A program made the translations under genes and the position numbers. The notes below the pieces were generated by a model. It saw only the letters and a list, made by a program, of their open reading frames with translations, did not search any database and was not told the DNA's origin. From Methanomethylovorans hollandica DSM 15978 (GTDB taxonomy: Archaea; Halobacteriota; Methanosarcinia; Methanosarcinales; Methanosarcinaceae): DNA of 64,000 nt. Shown here in pieces: positions 48,981 through 58,977 of the stretch. The DNA lies in the NCBI RefSeq assembly GCF_000328665.1, contig NC_019977.1, positions 868,001 through 932,000 of the forward strand, given 5' to 3'. Position 1 is the stretch's first letter. Each line of letters starts with the position of its first letter.

Positions 48981-50141
48981 ATGATCCGAGGGATGCCTAT
49001 GGTTTCCACAAGACTTGCAAGGATGCAGGAATCTGCCACTATCAAAGCTGCCAACAGGGCCAGCGAGATGCTAAAACAGGGAATAGATGTTATCAATTTT
49101 AATCTTGGAGAGCCGGATTTCGATACTCCCGGGCACATATGTGATGCTGCTGCCGATGCTATGTACAGGGGGGAAACACACTATACTCCGGCAGCAGGTA
49201 TACCTGAACTGAGGGAAGCCATAGCCGAGAAACTGAGAGTCGAAAATGGGCTGGAGGCAAAAACATCGAATGTGCTCGTTACCCCTGGAGCAAAACAGGC
49301 CATATTCTCTATAATGATGTCAGTGCTTGGTGATGGTGAGGAGGCAATCCTTTTTGACCCTGCCTGGGTTTCATACGAAGCATGTATCCGTTTTGCAGGA
49401 GCGGAACCCGTATGGGTGCCCACGGACCCTGAAAATGGTTTTGAGCCCTATGATATAGGGGAATATATTACAGATAAAACGAAGATGATCGTAGTTAACA
49501 GTCCCTGTAATCCCACAGGCGGAGTATACCATAAAAAGATACTAAAATCTATTGCCGATCATGCTATTGACCACGATCTGCTTGTGCTTTCCGATGAGAT
49601 ATATGAAAAGATAACCTATGAAAAGGAACATATAAGCATAGGTGCTATGGATGGGATGCAGGACCGCACCATTACTGTTAATGGTTTTTCCAAGGCTTAC
49701 GCCATGACAGGCTGGAGACTTGGTTATGTATCTGCAGCACCGGATATATTTAAGGGCCTTCTGAAGATCCAGTCAAATTCAGTAAGTGGCGCCACAACAT
49801 TTGTCCAATTCGGAGGGGTGGCTGCATTAGAGGGAACCCAGAAGCCTGTATACGACATGGTGAAGGAATTCCATGCTAGAAGAGATATCCTTGTTGACGG
49901 CTTGAATTCAATTGGATTTAAGTGCCACAAACCAGATGGTGCTTTTTACGTGTTTGCCGATGTGAGTGAATTCGGGGACGGGGATCAGATAACGGATCAG
50001 CTTCTCAATGAAGCACATGTTTCAGTTACCCAGGGTTCATCTTTCGGAGAAAGCGGAAAGCAGTTCATAAGGCTTTCTTATGCGACATCCCAGCAACGCA
50101 TCCATGAAGGGCTGGAACGCATTGATGATATTCTCGGCTGA
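48981..50141 (+). CDS. aspC: Class I PLP aminotransferase (aspartate aminotransferase)
   Basis: GEPDF, NSPCNPTG, SDEIY, FSKAYAMTGWRLG. Confidence 0.88.
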   Translation: MIRGMPMVSTRLARMQESATIKAANRASEMLKQGIDVINFNLGEPDFDTPGHICDAAADAMYRGETHYTPAAGIPELREAIAEKLRVENGLEAKTSNVLVTPGAKQAIFSIMMSVLGDGEEAILFDPAWVSYEACIRFAGAEPVWVPTDPENGFEPYDIGEYITDKTKMIVVNSPCNPTGGVYHKKILKSIADHAIDHDLLVLSDEIYEKITYEKEHISIGAMDGMQDRTITVNGFSKAYAMTGWRLGYVSAAPDIFKGLLKIQSNSVSGATTFVQFGGVAALEGTQKPVYDMVKEFHARRDILVDGLNSIGFKCHKPDGAFYVFADVSEFGDGDQITDQLLNEAHVSVTQGSSFGESGKQFIRLSYATSQQRIHEGLERIDDILG

Positions 50142-50144
50142 TCC

Positions 50145-50564
50145 TCAGCTGCATCTTTCTATTATTTTTTTAACGATCTTTGCACTGCTACACAGGGCAC
50201 ACTGTTCTGATTTTCCTATTCTTACAACAGTAGCGCAAGATCCTCTTTTTTGCAGTTCGCACTTAAGCTCTTTTTCATTGAAGTGCTGATCATACCCTAA
50301 AGCGATAACATCTGGTTTTATTTCTATAAGAGGTAAAAAAATATCTTCATCGCTTCCAAGTATTGCTTTATCTACCATCTTGAGAGCATTGATCATCTCT
50401 AATCTCTGATCTTCAGGTATCACTGGTTTGGGTTTATGCCTGATCATGGAATCCCTTGCAACAATGACATATAACTCATCCCCTAATGCCTTGCATTCTT
50501 TCAGGTATGTCAGATGCCCTGGATGCAACAGATCAAACGTCCCGGTTGCTAAGACCCTTATCAA
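50145..50564 (-). CDS. ribL: Archaeal FAD synthase (cytidylyltransferase family)
   Basis: ATGTFDLLHPGH, VIVARD, PDVIALGYDQ; adjacent to rib genes. Confidence 0.88.
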   Translation of the reverse strand: MIRVLATGTFDLLHPGHLTYLKECKALGDELYVIVARDSMIRHKPKPVIPEDQRLEMINALKMVDKAILGSDEDIFLPLIEIKPDVIALGYDQHFNEKELKCELQKRGSCATVVRIGKSEQCALCSSAKIVKKIIERCS

Positions 50565-50939
50565 TCATATCACCTGGAATAGTATGAGGTAGACGCATAC
50601 TACCTTTAATAATCTTATGCAGCCATGAAAATGCTTTTCAGATATATTTTTATATAAGGTTTCAGAACGACTCTGAAATATTACACACAAGTAGAAAACT
50701 TAAGAAGCGAGAGTGGGTAAAAGCATTAACCTTTGTTCTAACTGTCAAAGATAGCAAGAAGCAAAAGATGGACCCTCTGAGCCTAATACCGGAAATATAA
50801 TGATGTAGCGATCAACAAATGAGCTTGATATGCACGGCAAATTAATGTTTATTAATACATAATCTCTCTTGTTATAAATTACCGCATGTAATATATAGTT
50901 GTTCTAACTAATTATGTCCGAATTGCAAAGGTAGGTAGC

Positions 50940-52442
50940 ATGGTAAAAAAATCTATCAGTGAGATCAATGGCAGGATCAAAGATGGAAGCGTCAATGTAG
51001 TTACTGCTGAAGAAATGGTTGGGATAGTTGCAGAGCTTGGCGCACAAGGAGCTGCAAAGGAAGTAGATGTGGTAACAACAGGCACTTTTGGTGCCATGTG
51101 TTCCTCAGGTGTGTTTCTTAACTTAGGTCATTCAGAACCTCCGATCAAGATGCAGAAAGTGTGGCTAAATGATGTGGAAGCATACACAGGAATAGCTGCA
51201 GTGGATGCATATATAGGAGCCACACAGGTATCAGATACACTTGGAATGGAATATGGTGGAGCGCATGTGATAGAAGATCTCATAAGAGGCAATACCATCG
51301 ATGTACATGCTATCTCTGCGGGAACCGATTGTTATCCCAGGAAGATCCTCGATACAACCCTTGACATCAATGACCTGAACCAGGCAATAATGATCAATCC
51401 CCGCAATGCATATCAAAAATATAATGCAGCTACGAACAGCACTTCTCAGAAACTATACACTTATATGGGGTCATTGATGCCTAATTTTGGGAATGTGACA
51501 TATTCAGGCGCAGGTGTATTATCACCTCTCTGCAATGACCCTGAATACAGAACCATTGGAACAGGCACTCGTATTTTCCTTGGAGGAGCAGAGGGGTACA
51601 TAATAGGACAGGGTACTCAACATTCCTCAAAGAGCGGGTTTGGCACGCTTATGGTCCAAGGTGACCTGAAAGAAATGGACCCAGAGTTCATACGGGCTTC
51701 CAGTTTCACAGGATATGGTGTGTCCCTGTATGTCGGAATGGGGATCCCAATACCTGTGCTTGACGAAAAAGTTGCACTGTCCACTGCAGTATCTGATGCT
51801 GACATTATTACCAACGTGATGGATTATGGTATACCCAGTCGTGACAGGCCCGTGGTAAGGCAGGTAACATATGAAGAGCTCAGGTCCGGCTCCATTGATA
51901 TCAAAGGACGTGAAGTTGCAACTTCTTCACTCTCAAGTTTCAAGCGCTCCAGGCAGATAGCATATATTTTGAAAGACTGGATATCCCATGGAGAATTCTT
52001 CCTTTCACAGGCATCAGAGAACTTGCCATCAGATTCTGTATCCAGGCCAATGAAGCAGACAAGAGGGACACCCATGGTAAAAGAGATCATGGCCAGGAAT
52101 GTGACGACCATCCATAAGAATGCCAGTGTATATGAAGCGGCCAAAAAAATCATGGATGTTTCTTTTAATCATTTGCCTGTAGTTACTGAAAACAATAATC
52201 TGGTAGGTATAGTCACTGCATGGGATATTTCAAAAGCTGTCGCACAGAACACATTTGACCTTGTGGAGAATATCATGACCCGGAAAGTAATAACTGCTAT
52301 GGATAGCGAGCAGGTGACCATTGCAGCCAGGAGGCTTGAGCAACATAAAGTATCAGCAATGCCTGTCGTGGATGAACAAAATCGTGTCATAGGCATCATT
52401 ACAAGCGATGATATAAGTATGCTTTTTGCCAGGAGGGACTGA
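50940..52442 (+). CDS. L-aspartate semialdehyde sulfurtransferase / homocysteine biosynthesis protein (DUF39 plus CBS)
   Basis: VDVVTTGTFGAMCSSG, YGGAHVIEDL, RNAYQ.Y, C-terminal CBS pair. Confidence 0.9.
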   Translation: MVKKSISEINGRIKDGSVNVVTAEEMVGIVAELGAQGAAKEVDVVTTGTFGAMCSSGVFLNLGHSEPPIKMQKVWLNDVEAYTGIAAVDAYIGATQVSDTLGMEYGGAHVIEDLIRGNTIDVHAISAGTDCYPRKILDTTLDINDLNQAIMINPRNAYQKYNAATNSTSQKLYTYMGSLMPNFGNVTYSGAGVLSPLCNDPEYRTIGTGTRIFLGGAEGYIIGQGTQHSSKSGFGTLMVQGDLKEMDPEFIRASSFTGYGVSLYVGMGIPIPVLDEKVALSTAVSDADIITNVMDYGIPSRDRPVVRQVTYEELRSGSIDIKGREVATSSLSSFKRSRQIAYILKDWISHGEFFLSQASENLPSDSVSRPMKQTRGTPMVKEIMARNVTTIHKNASVYEAAKKIMDVSFNHLPVVTENNNLVGIVTAWDISKAVAQNTFDLVENIMTRKVITAMDSEQVTIAARRLEQHKVSAMPVVDEQNRVIGIITSDDISMLFARRD

Positions 52443-52443
52443 A

Positions 52444-52830
52444 ATGAAGATAAGGATCATCATAAACCAGGACATTGTCACTAGACCGATCTTGGCAGAG
52501 GCTATACTGGAAACAGGCATTCCTCTTAACATTGCACAGGCGCATTTTGATTCAACGGCAGGCGAGATAGTTGCCGACATAAAGGATACCGAATACAAGA
52601 TGATCAAGCAGGCCCTGGTTTCCAGAGGAGCGGAAGTGCGTAAGCTTGACACCCCCATTAACTGGGACGAGGACGAGTGTGTAGAGTGCGGTGCCTGTGT
52701 TTCAGTATGCCCCACAAAGGTATTCTCAATGGATAAGGAATGGAACCTGGCAGTGGACACCACAAAATGTATCCAGTGTGGAACATGCATAGAAATGTGT
52801 CCGCATGATGCACTTTCCCTGGATGTCTAA
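52444..52830 (+). CDS. NIL domain plus 2x[4Fe-4S] ferredoxin (partner of the DUF39 enzyme)
   Basis: [12 protein letters not shown] and [12 protein letters not shown]. Confidence 0.9.
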   Translation: MKIRIIINQDIVTRPILAEAILETGIPLNIAQAHFDSTAGEIVADIKDTEYKMIKQALVSRGAEVRKLDTPINWDEDECVECGACVSVCPTKVFSMDKEWNLAVDTTKCIQCGTCIEMCPHDALSLDV

Positions 52831-52865
52831 AGATAATTGAAAGTGATTGTCAGAAAGGAAAGTTA

Positions 52866-53579
52866 ATGAAAGAACATTTTCAGCTTAAGGAGACAATTGT
52901 TACCATTGTGACAGACCGGGAGTCCCATATCAAAAGGGCAAAAGAATCGATACACCACAATCGTGCGGTTCTGGAGAGATTCATTGCCCTTGACCCATTT
53001 TTCAGGTCAACTCTTGAGCCCTATGCTACTGTGGAAAATGTACCGGAAGTGGTGAAAAGAATGATCCTTGCGGGTAATTCCATGGGTATCGGCCCCATGA
53101 GTGCTGTTGCAGGTACTATTGCAGCAATGGCAGTGGAATCTATGGTAGCTGCAGGAGCTACTTTTGCAATTGTTGATAATGGGGGAGACATCGCACTGAT
53201 CAACGACAGGCCTGTAACTATAGGCGTCTATGCAGGTACCTCTCCAGTAAAGGACCTGGCCTTTCAGATGCCTGTCCATGACAATATAACAGGGATCTGT
53301 ACGTCTTCAGGCACTGTAGGTCCATCCATTAGTTTTGGGATGGCCGATGCTGCTATAATTTTTTCCGATGATGTCTCACTGGCCGATGCTGCAGCCACAG
53401 CACTTGGGAATGCAACACAAGTAGGCAAAGAGGCGGTTGAAAAGGCCTTTGACGCTGTGAAACATGTTACTGGTATAAAAGGAGCAGTAGTGATACAGGG
53501 AGAATATATAGGGATGTGGGGTGCCATCCCGGAAATGGTCGAAGCCCATATTGACTACGACTGTATCACTAAAGGTTGA
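52866..53579 (+). CDS. UPF0280 / ApbE-like protein (COG2122)
   Basis: [37 protein letters not shown]. Confidence 0.9.
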   Translation: MKEHFQLKETIVTIVTDRESHIKRAKESIHHNRAVLERFIALDPFFRSTLEPYATVENVPEVVKRMILAGNSMGIGPMSAVAGTIAAMAVESMVAAGATFAIVDNGGDIALINDRPVTIGVYAGTSPVKDLAFQMPVHDNITGICTSSGTVGPSISFGMADAAIIFSDDVSLADAAATALGNATQVGKEAVEKAFDAVKHVTGIKGAVVIQGEYIGMWGAIPEMVEAHIDYDCITKG

Positions 53580-53581
53580 TC

Positions 53582-54277
53582 TCACGTCTGGACAGTGGCT
53601 AAGTAGACTTCCTCATAAGGTTGTATCACTACAAAACCTTCGCCTGTAAAGGCCATCTGCAAGCTTTCTCCGCTTGACCTGCCAACCAATGTCTTCAGGG
53701 ATATGTCTGTGCGCAGATCGGGTTGCAGATTACCTGACCATGCAACAGTAGCGTTAGGATCTGTGAATACAGGTCTGTCTTTTGTAACCTGCAGTGTAAG
53801 TGGATCGTAATGTGTAGTGATGGCAACCATACCTTTACCTTCAAGTAGTACATTGAAAAGGCCACCTGACATGAAACCGGCGATCCTTTTCATCATTTTG
53901 ATGTCCCACTTAACGGTTTCCTCAAAAGCAAGCAAGTCGTTACCATTAACATAAATGGATTGCCCGTCCAGTTCAAGTATGGTGACTTTTTTGCCCATCT
54001 CTGCCAGGTATAGCTTGCCTTTCCCTTCAGCTTTAGTAAGGCTTAGTCCCTCCCCTGTAACAGCTTTCTTTACAAGTTTTCCAAGACCATGTTCAAGAAC
54101 GCCTTCCCTTGTGAATCTGATATCTCCGTTGTATGCAACCATGGTGCCTTTCTTGATCCACACTCTGCCATCGAGATTCACTTCAAGCAGGCGGTCGCGC
54201 TCCAGCTCGAAATTACCTTGTCCGAGGTCTTTTTGTCCTGTATTCTCGACAAATTGTTTTATTGAATAACGTCCCAT
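53582..54277 (-). CDS. AIM24-family protein
   Basis: KKGTMVAY, TGEG, GGLFN, SGES.Q..F.GEG.V.IQP.E. Confidence 0.88.
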   Translation of the reverse strand: MGRYSIKQFVENTGQKDLGQGNFELERDRLLEVNLDGRVWIKKGTMVAYNGDIRFTREGVLEHGLGKLVKKAVTGEGLSLTKAEGKGKLYLAEMGKKVTILELDGQSIYVNGNDLLAFEETVKWDIKMMKRIAGFMSGGLFNVLLEGKGMVAITTHYDPLTLQVTKDRPVFTDPNATVAWSGNLQPDLRTDISLKTLVGRSSGESLQMAFTGEGFVVIQPYEEVYLATVQT

Positions 54278-54427
54278 ATATTACACCGTAGATTAATTTT
54301 TGATAATTATATTTATATCCTATTATTAATATGTTATGGTAAGTACATGTATTGACATATAACAAACACTAATTTCATATAGAGCTAAGATAATAGATTA
54401 TGATATAATAAAATGGAGTGGTAAATA

Positions 54428-54679
54428 ATGGTAAAAGTCACACTGGTTACTGCCCAATGGTGTCATTTTTGTCCGACGGCAAAAAAACTCTGGAGAGAGC
54501 TTAAGGAAAAATTCAATTTTGAATATGCTGAGGTCGATTATGATTCTCCCGAAGGTGAAAAACTTATAGAGAAGTTTTCTATAGTTTCTGTGCCCACTAC
54601 CATAATCGACGATGAGATCGTATTTGTGGGAGTGCCTGATAAAGACAAGGCAAGCAAGACTCTGGAAAAACCAATTTAA
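54428..54679 (+). CDS. Thioredoxin/glutaredoxin-like protein
   Basis: WCHFCP, SVPT, FVGVP. Confidence 0.9.
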   Translation: MVKVTLVTAQWCHFCPTAKKLWRELKEKFNFEYAEVDYDSPEGEKLIEKFSIVSVPTTIIDDEIVFVGVPDKDKASKTLEKPI

Positions 54680-54699
54680 TTGAAAATCCGGTTATTAAC

Positions 54700-55614
54700 A
54701 TGTATGACCTGATCATAATAGGCGGAGGGCCTGCAGGACTTACCGCGGGTATATATGCAGTAAGATATGGCCTGAACACTATAGTACTTGAGAAGGATGT
54801 GCTGCCCGGGCAGATAGCAGCAACGGACCTAATAGAGAATTATACTGGTTTTACAGCTATCTCGGGTCCTGAGCTCATGCAGCGGTTCAAAGAGCATGCC
54901 CAGACCGTAGGAGTGAAGATCGAGTCTGCCGAGGTATCTTCGATCATATCTGAGGATGGTAGGAAGGTAGTGATGACAGATACTGGGAACCTTGTATCAA
55001 AAGCCTTAGTCATTGCCACCGGTGCCAATCCAAAGAAACTGGGAATCCCGGGAGAGAAGGAGTTTATGGGCAAGGGTGTATCATATTGTGCTACGTGTGA
55101 TGCACCTTTCTACAAAGGGAAAACAGTGATGGTGATCGGGGGTGGAGAATCTGCACTTACAGACGCACTTATCCTTTCCAATATAGTAAAAAAAGTATAT
55201 ATTGTACATAGAAGGGACAAACTGCGAGCTTCCATGATACTGCAGGAAAGAGTATCCAAAAAGCCTAACATTGAGATCATCTGGGATAATGTTCCTGAAG
55301 AGATACAGGGAAAGACCGGTGTTGAGAACATAATTCTACGGAACCTTAAGACAGGAGAAATGAATACATTACCAGTAGAAGGTGTTTTTGTATATATCGG
55401 AATTCTTCCCAACACAGAGTTCATAGATGTAAAAAAGAATAGTTCAGGTTTCATATTGACAAATGAAAAACTGGAGACTTCCGTACAAGGCATCTATGCA
55501 GCGGGAGACTGCAGGGATACAACTATCTGGCAGGTAGTCACGGCAGTTGCAGATGGTGCAGTAGCTGCGGTGTCTGCACATGAATACATTATGAATCTTG
55601 AGCTTGAACAATGA
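54700..55614 (+). CDS. trxB: NADPH thioredoxin-disulfide reductase
   Basis: GGGPAG, IATG, GVSYCATCD, HRRD, AAGD. Confidence 0.95.
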   Translation: MYDLIIIGGGPAGLTAGIYAVRYGLNTIVLEKDVLPGQIAATDLIENYTGFTAISGPELMQRFKEHAQTVGVKIESAEVSSIISEDGRKVVMTDTGNLVSKALVIATGANPKKLGIPGEKEFMGKGVSYCATCDAPFYKGKTVMVIGGGESALTDALILSNIVKKVYIVHRRDKLRASMILQERVSKKPNIEIIWDNVPEEIQGKTGVENIILRNLKTGEMNTLPVEGVFVYIGILPNTEFIDVKKNSSGFILTNEKLETSVQGIYAAGDCRDTTIWQVVTAVADGAVAAVSAHEYIMNLELEQ

Positions 55615-55648
55615 ATTTTACAAATTAAATAAAGTAAGGAGAATTAAG

Positions 55649-56068
55649 ATGAACTGCAAAACTAATGCGGATGGTACATCCTGTCTTAAGGTATGCGAAG
55701 ATTCAACTGCTGAGGATCTGGAACCCATAGCAGAGGCCATACATGCTTTGCTTGGCATACCTGTCACCATTAGAAGCCTCAATAATTATGGCATCCGCAT
55801 GGAAAGAGGAGAAGTGGTGGATCGGAATTATACAGGGCCTGTACTGGAAGAAGTTATTAGGGTCAACAAAATAATTCGCATGGTACCTGCAGAAGGAGCT
55901 TATAAAGGAAAAGCAGTAGTAGTGGCACCTATACGTACTCTGGAGGGGAGTGTTATAGGGGCTGTAGGTGTGGTCGATCTGGTTGCAGCCCTTGACATAT
56001 TATCCATGTTCAGGGAATATCCTGGTATCGTTGATGAGGTAGAGGAATCGAAAAAGAAGCTGCAGTGA
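55649..56068 (+). CDS. DUF2111-like methanogen protein
   Basis: A.AIH.L...PVT.RS, YTGPVLE, G.Y.G..V.VAPI, GAVGVVD. Confidence 0.75.
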   Translation: MNCKTNADGTSCLKVCEDSTAEDLEPIAEAIHALLGIPVTIRSLNNYGIRMERGEVVDRNYTGPVLEEVIRVNKIIRMVPAEGAYKGKAVVVAPIRTLEGSVIGAVGVVDLVAALDILSMFREYPGIVDEVEESKKKLQ

Positions 56069-56082
56069 TCTCTACAGCTAGA

Positions 56083-56292
56083 TTATATCCTTTTTATCTG
56101 CTGATGCTTGACAAACTTCAAAATAATTATGGCTACTATTGATATCGACATGGAAGTGAGTATGACAAGTACCAGACTGCCCTCATCTGCAAACTTCATC
56201 ATCTCATAGAAGAGAAAAGCGCATATGGCAAATCCGGTTATCAGGACAGCAATGAACTGAGAGGTGAAAAGTGTTTCGTTAGTTTTTTCCAT
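56083..56292 (-). CDS. Small two-TM membrane protein
   Basis: Two hydrophobic helices in 69 aa. Confidence 0.6.
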   Translation of the reverse strand: MEKTNETLFTSQFIAVLITGFAICAFLFYEMMKFADEGSLVLVILTSMSISIVAIIILKFVKHQQIKRI

Positions 56293-56316
56293 ATGCTTTT
56301 GACAAAGACTTATCCA

Positions 56317-56931
56317 TTATAAGTTTTCTGTTCCAGCAATATCATCAGTCATCTGCAACACATCGATACCAAAATCAAAGAGCACTTTATTAAGTTTGAA
56401 CAGAGGCAATCCCACCACATTAGAGTAGTCACCATCTATTTTTTCTACAATTATAGCTCCTTTTCCCTGTATGGCAAAAGCACCTGCTTTGTCAAGTGGT
56501 TCTGCAGTCTTCACATAAGCTTCAATTTCAGCATTTGACAGCTGTTTGATAACCACATCTGTCTTTTCCCAAAAGCTCGTGCGTCTTTGTGCATCCAGAT
56601 CCATTACAGTTACGCCTGTGATGACACGCACCTTTTTTCCGCTGATCTGCCTTAACATTTCCCTGGCTTTATCCCCCGTATGAGGTTTTCCAAGTATCCT
56701 TTCATCACAAGTTACCACCGTATCCGCCGCAATGACTATTCCTGAACTGATCATAGAGGCGGAATCTTTTGCTTTCTCGATGGAGTTGTGGATGATAAAG
56801 TCAAACGGCTTCATATCAGGTTGAGTTCTTTCATGATAATTGCTTGAAACAACTTTAAAATTGTTTCCTATCAGTTGCCTGAGCAACTCTTTCCTCCTGG
56901 AGGAGGCGGAAGCAAGGAAAATAGCTCTCAT
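56317..56931 (-). CDS. maf: Maf-family nucleoside triphosphate pyrophosphatase
   Basis: LASASSRR, AADTVV, GKP, DKAGAFAIQG, NVVGLP. Confidence 0.95.
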   Translation of the reverse strand: MRAIFLASASSRRKELLRQLIGNNFKVVSSNYHERTQPDMKPFDFIIHNSIEKAKDSASMISSGIVIAADTVVTCDERILGKPHTGDKAREMLRQISGKKVRVITGVTVMDLDAQRRTSFWEKTDVVIKQLSNAEIEAYVKTAEPLDKAGAFAIQGKGAIIVEKIDGDYSNVVGLPLFKLNKVLFDFGIDVLQMTDDIAGTENL

Positions 56932-57245
56932 GATGGTAAGAAGTTACAGTGATAATTTAAATCCATAGTGGTAAGATGCAGGGTGGATGAGTATAGAAAC
57001 CTTAAATATAGTCCGATGATATTAAACGGCTGTAATAGCCATGTACATTAGATCATATTCTAATCGCTTGTATACCATACTGCGAATTCATATGGTATTG
57101 TGCAATATTACTATAAGTTAAGCAACCGGGAAATTATCTATAATCCCGTATGTCTGTGTGATAATTTAAAATTATGAAAAGTACTTTTGTGGATATTGAC
57201 CATATGAATGATTATTAATACATGTGAATGAGGAGGAAGAGTATC

Positions 57246-57515
57246 ATGAAGAAATTGATCAATGGAAAGTTATACAACACAAAGAAATTAGTACCAATAG
57301 CAAGTTGGGACAATGGGATAGAAATATCAGACACCAGATATTCTGAAGAAACACTGTGTAGGACCAAAACCGGAGAATATATTATATACAGTAAGGATGC
57401 CAGTGGTCTTGATTTAAGAGAGATAACTCCTGAGGATGCTTTTGAATGGCTGCAAAAACATAGCCTTACAGCAAAAGCTGATATAGAATTAATAGAGTCC
57501 GTCAAAAAAGCTTAA
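57246..57515 (+). CDS. Hypothetical protein of a phage-associated-looking family
   Basis: GAGGAGG RBS; MKKLINGKLYNT...EETLCRTKTGEY...ITPEDAFEWL; AT-rich surroundings. Confidence 0.65.
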   Translation: MKKLINGKLYNTKKLVPIASWDNGIEISDTRYSEETLCRTKTGEYIIYSKDASGLDLREITPEDAFEWLQKHSLTAKADIELIESVKKA

Positions 57516-57679
57516 AAGACACTTAAATTCGTGGGGTAATTTGCATTTCAGAGGAAATTGCAAGGTATGAATACGTGCAGACCGGATACTTCGGTACCAA
57601 GTGTTCGGTATCCTGTTTTTTTACGAAATAAGTGACTCCAGTTTTTAAAAAATACTTTTAAACTATATAACCTTTTTAA

Positions 57680-57751
57680 TGGACTCGGCGGGATTCGAAC
57701 CCGCGGCCTTTACGTTGCGAACGTAACGATCTTCCCCTGATCTACGAGCCC
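57680..57751 (-). tRNA. tRNA-Ala(CGC)
   Basis: Reverse complement GGGCTCG...TTACG-TTCGCAA-CGTAA...GGTTCGAATCC...CGAGTCCA; G3:U70 pair; no encoded CCA after the discriminator, no intron. Confidence 0.95.
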
Positions 57752-57783
57752 GAAAAAAAGAAAATACTGAAAAAAGAGAGGTC

Positions 57784-58053
57784 TTAGAGTGGTCTGCCCA
57801 CTTCTGTGACCTGTACGCTCTCAACACCGGGGACACCAGCAAAAGCAGCTTCTACCTGCTCTGTGCCGCCCTCGAGGTCACCTACCATTATGACCATGAT
57901 AAGTGCTTTAAGGCCAAAAGCAACCGGTTCGATCTTTGAACCGAAGAACGTTGCTCCTTCAGGTATCACCGCTTCAAGTTTGATCTTGAGATCTTCAAGA
58001 TCAGTTTCCACACTTTCCGGCATTATCTTAATAGTTGCTGCTACATCACCCAT
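57784..58053 (-). CDS. ef1b: Elongation factor 1-beta
   Basis: MGDVAATIKIMPES, EPVAFGLKAL, GVESV. Confidence 0.95.
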   Translation of the reverse strand: MGDVAATIKIMPESVETDLEDLKIKLEAVIPEGATFFGSKIEPVAFGLKALIMVIMVGDLEGGTEQVEAAFAGVPGVESVQVTEVGRPL

Positions 58054-58062
58054 TTTCACACC

Positions 58063-58230
58063 TCATGGACCTACAAAACCGCATTTTTGGCAGGTGTAGG
58101 GATTGCTCTGCTGTCTGCAGCTCACACATCTTCCTATCTCTGCACCGCATACGGGACATGGGAAGCGGGCAAAACCACGTTCCTCTAAGTTAACTCCACA
58201 TGAAGTACAGTTTATGACCTTGTTTACCAT
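58063..58230 (-). CDS. Small Zn-ribbon protein (DUF1610/HVO_2753-like), not in the ORF track
   Basis: Manual translation [55 protein letters not shown]; four CxxC; usual position upstream of EF-1beta. Confidence 0.9.
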   Translation of the reverse strand: MVNKVINCTSCGVNLEERGFARFPCPVCGAEIGRCVSCRQQSNPYTCQKCGFVGP

Positions 58231-58314
58231 TCGATTTCTCCTTCAGTATTTATAAGAGATAATTCACTAATTTCATCAGCATAAGATGATTTGTGTACAT
58301 AATCAGTATACAAT

Positions 58315-58968
58315 TTAAATATTCCCCTTGATAAGAGTACCTATTACAGCTTTCTCCTCAAGAGCGGCAAGCACTCTTTCAGGATACTTGCCGTTGACTA
58401 CCACGCAATCTCTACCCTCCTGCATAAGTAATTCCGGCAGCATCCTGTCCACGCAGCTTTCTCTCATTTCCGTAAGTTTTACAGCATGCACCACTGGTAC
58501 TGTCTCCCCGTTGATACGTACTCCGTCAACATCAGTAACTTTGATCATCCTGGCATTCAGTATTGATGCCACCCATGCAGCAATGCAATCAGAGGTCACA
58601 TCCCATGAGTGAGGCAAAGGATCTCTGTTCAACAGCAGTCTGTAAGGCTTCAGAACAGAAATTCCAGCAACCAGCTCATCCAGATCGTCTGTCATTGCTA
58701 TGCCGCTTTTATCAGACAGGTAATATGCATACTGCTCCATTCCCAGAATAGCCATCCAGTGAGCTGCATCATCACTAATGCATTTATTCTCATGGATATC
58801 TCTGATGTTGTCTGCAAAAACACCACCTCCGGGAACTATCAGTAAAGTGGGCACAGGTGAGTTCATATGCGTTATATGCTCCTGCAAACAGAACAGAAGT
58901 TCGGGAGCAGTTTCTATGAGACTCCCCCCGACTTTAATGACAGTACAATCTTTAACATTTGCAGTCAT
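58315..58968 (-). CDS. mfnE: Amino-acid-kinase family, methanofuran pathway kinase
   Basis: KVGGSL, PGGG.FAD, AHWMAI, PHSWDVTSD, TDVDG; next to mfnF/mfnD. Confidence 0.8.
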   Translation of the reverse strand: MTANVKDCTVIKVGGSLIETAPELLFCLQEHITHMNSPVPTLLIVPGGGVFADNIRDIHENKCISDDAAHWMAILGMEQYAYYLSDKSGIAMTDDLDELVAGISVLKPYRLLLNRDPLPHSWDVTSDCIAAWVASILNARMIKVTDVDGVRINGETVPVVHAVKLTEMRESCVDRMLPELLMQEGRDCVVVNGKYPERVLAALEEKAVIGTLIKGNI

Positions 58969-58977
58969 GTTTTTTTG

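Noticed and set aside
50690..50850. Possible box C/D sRNA (CTGA and ATGATG motifs behind a TATA-like box)
   Set aside because: Boxes are not in canonical C...D order and no terminal stem or guide complementarity could be shown
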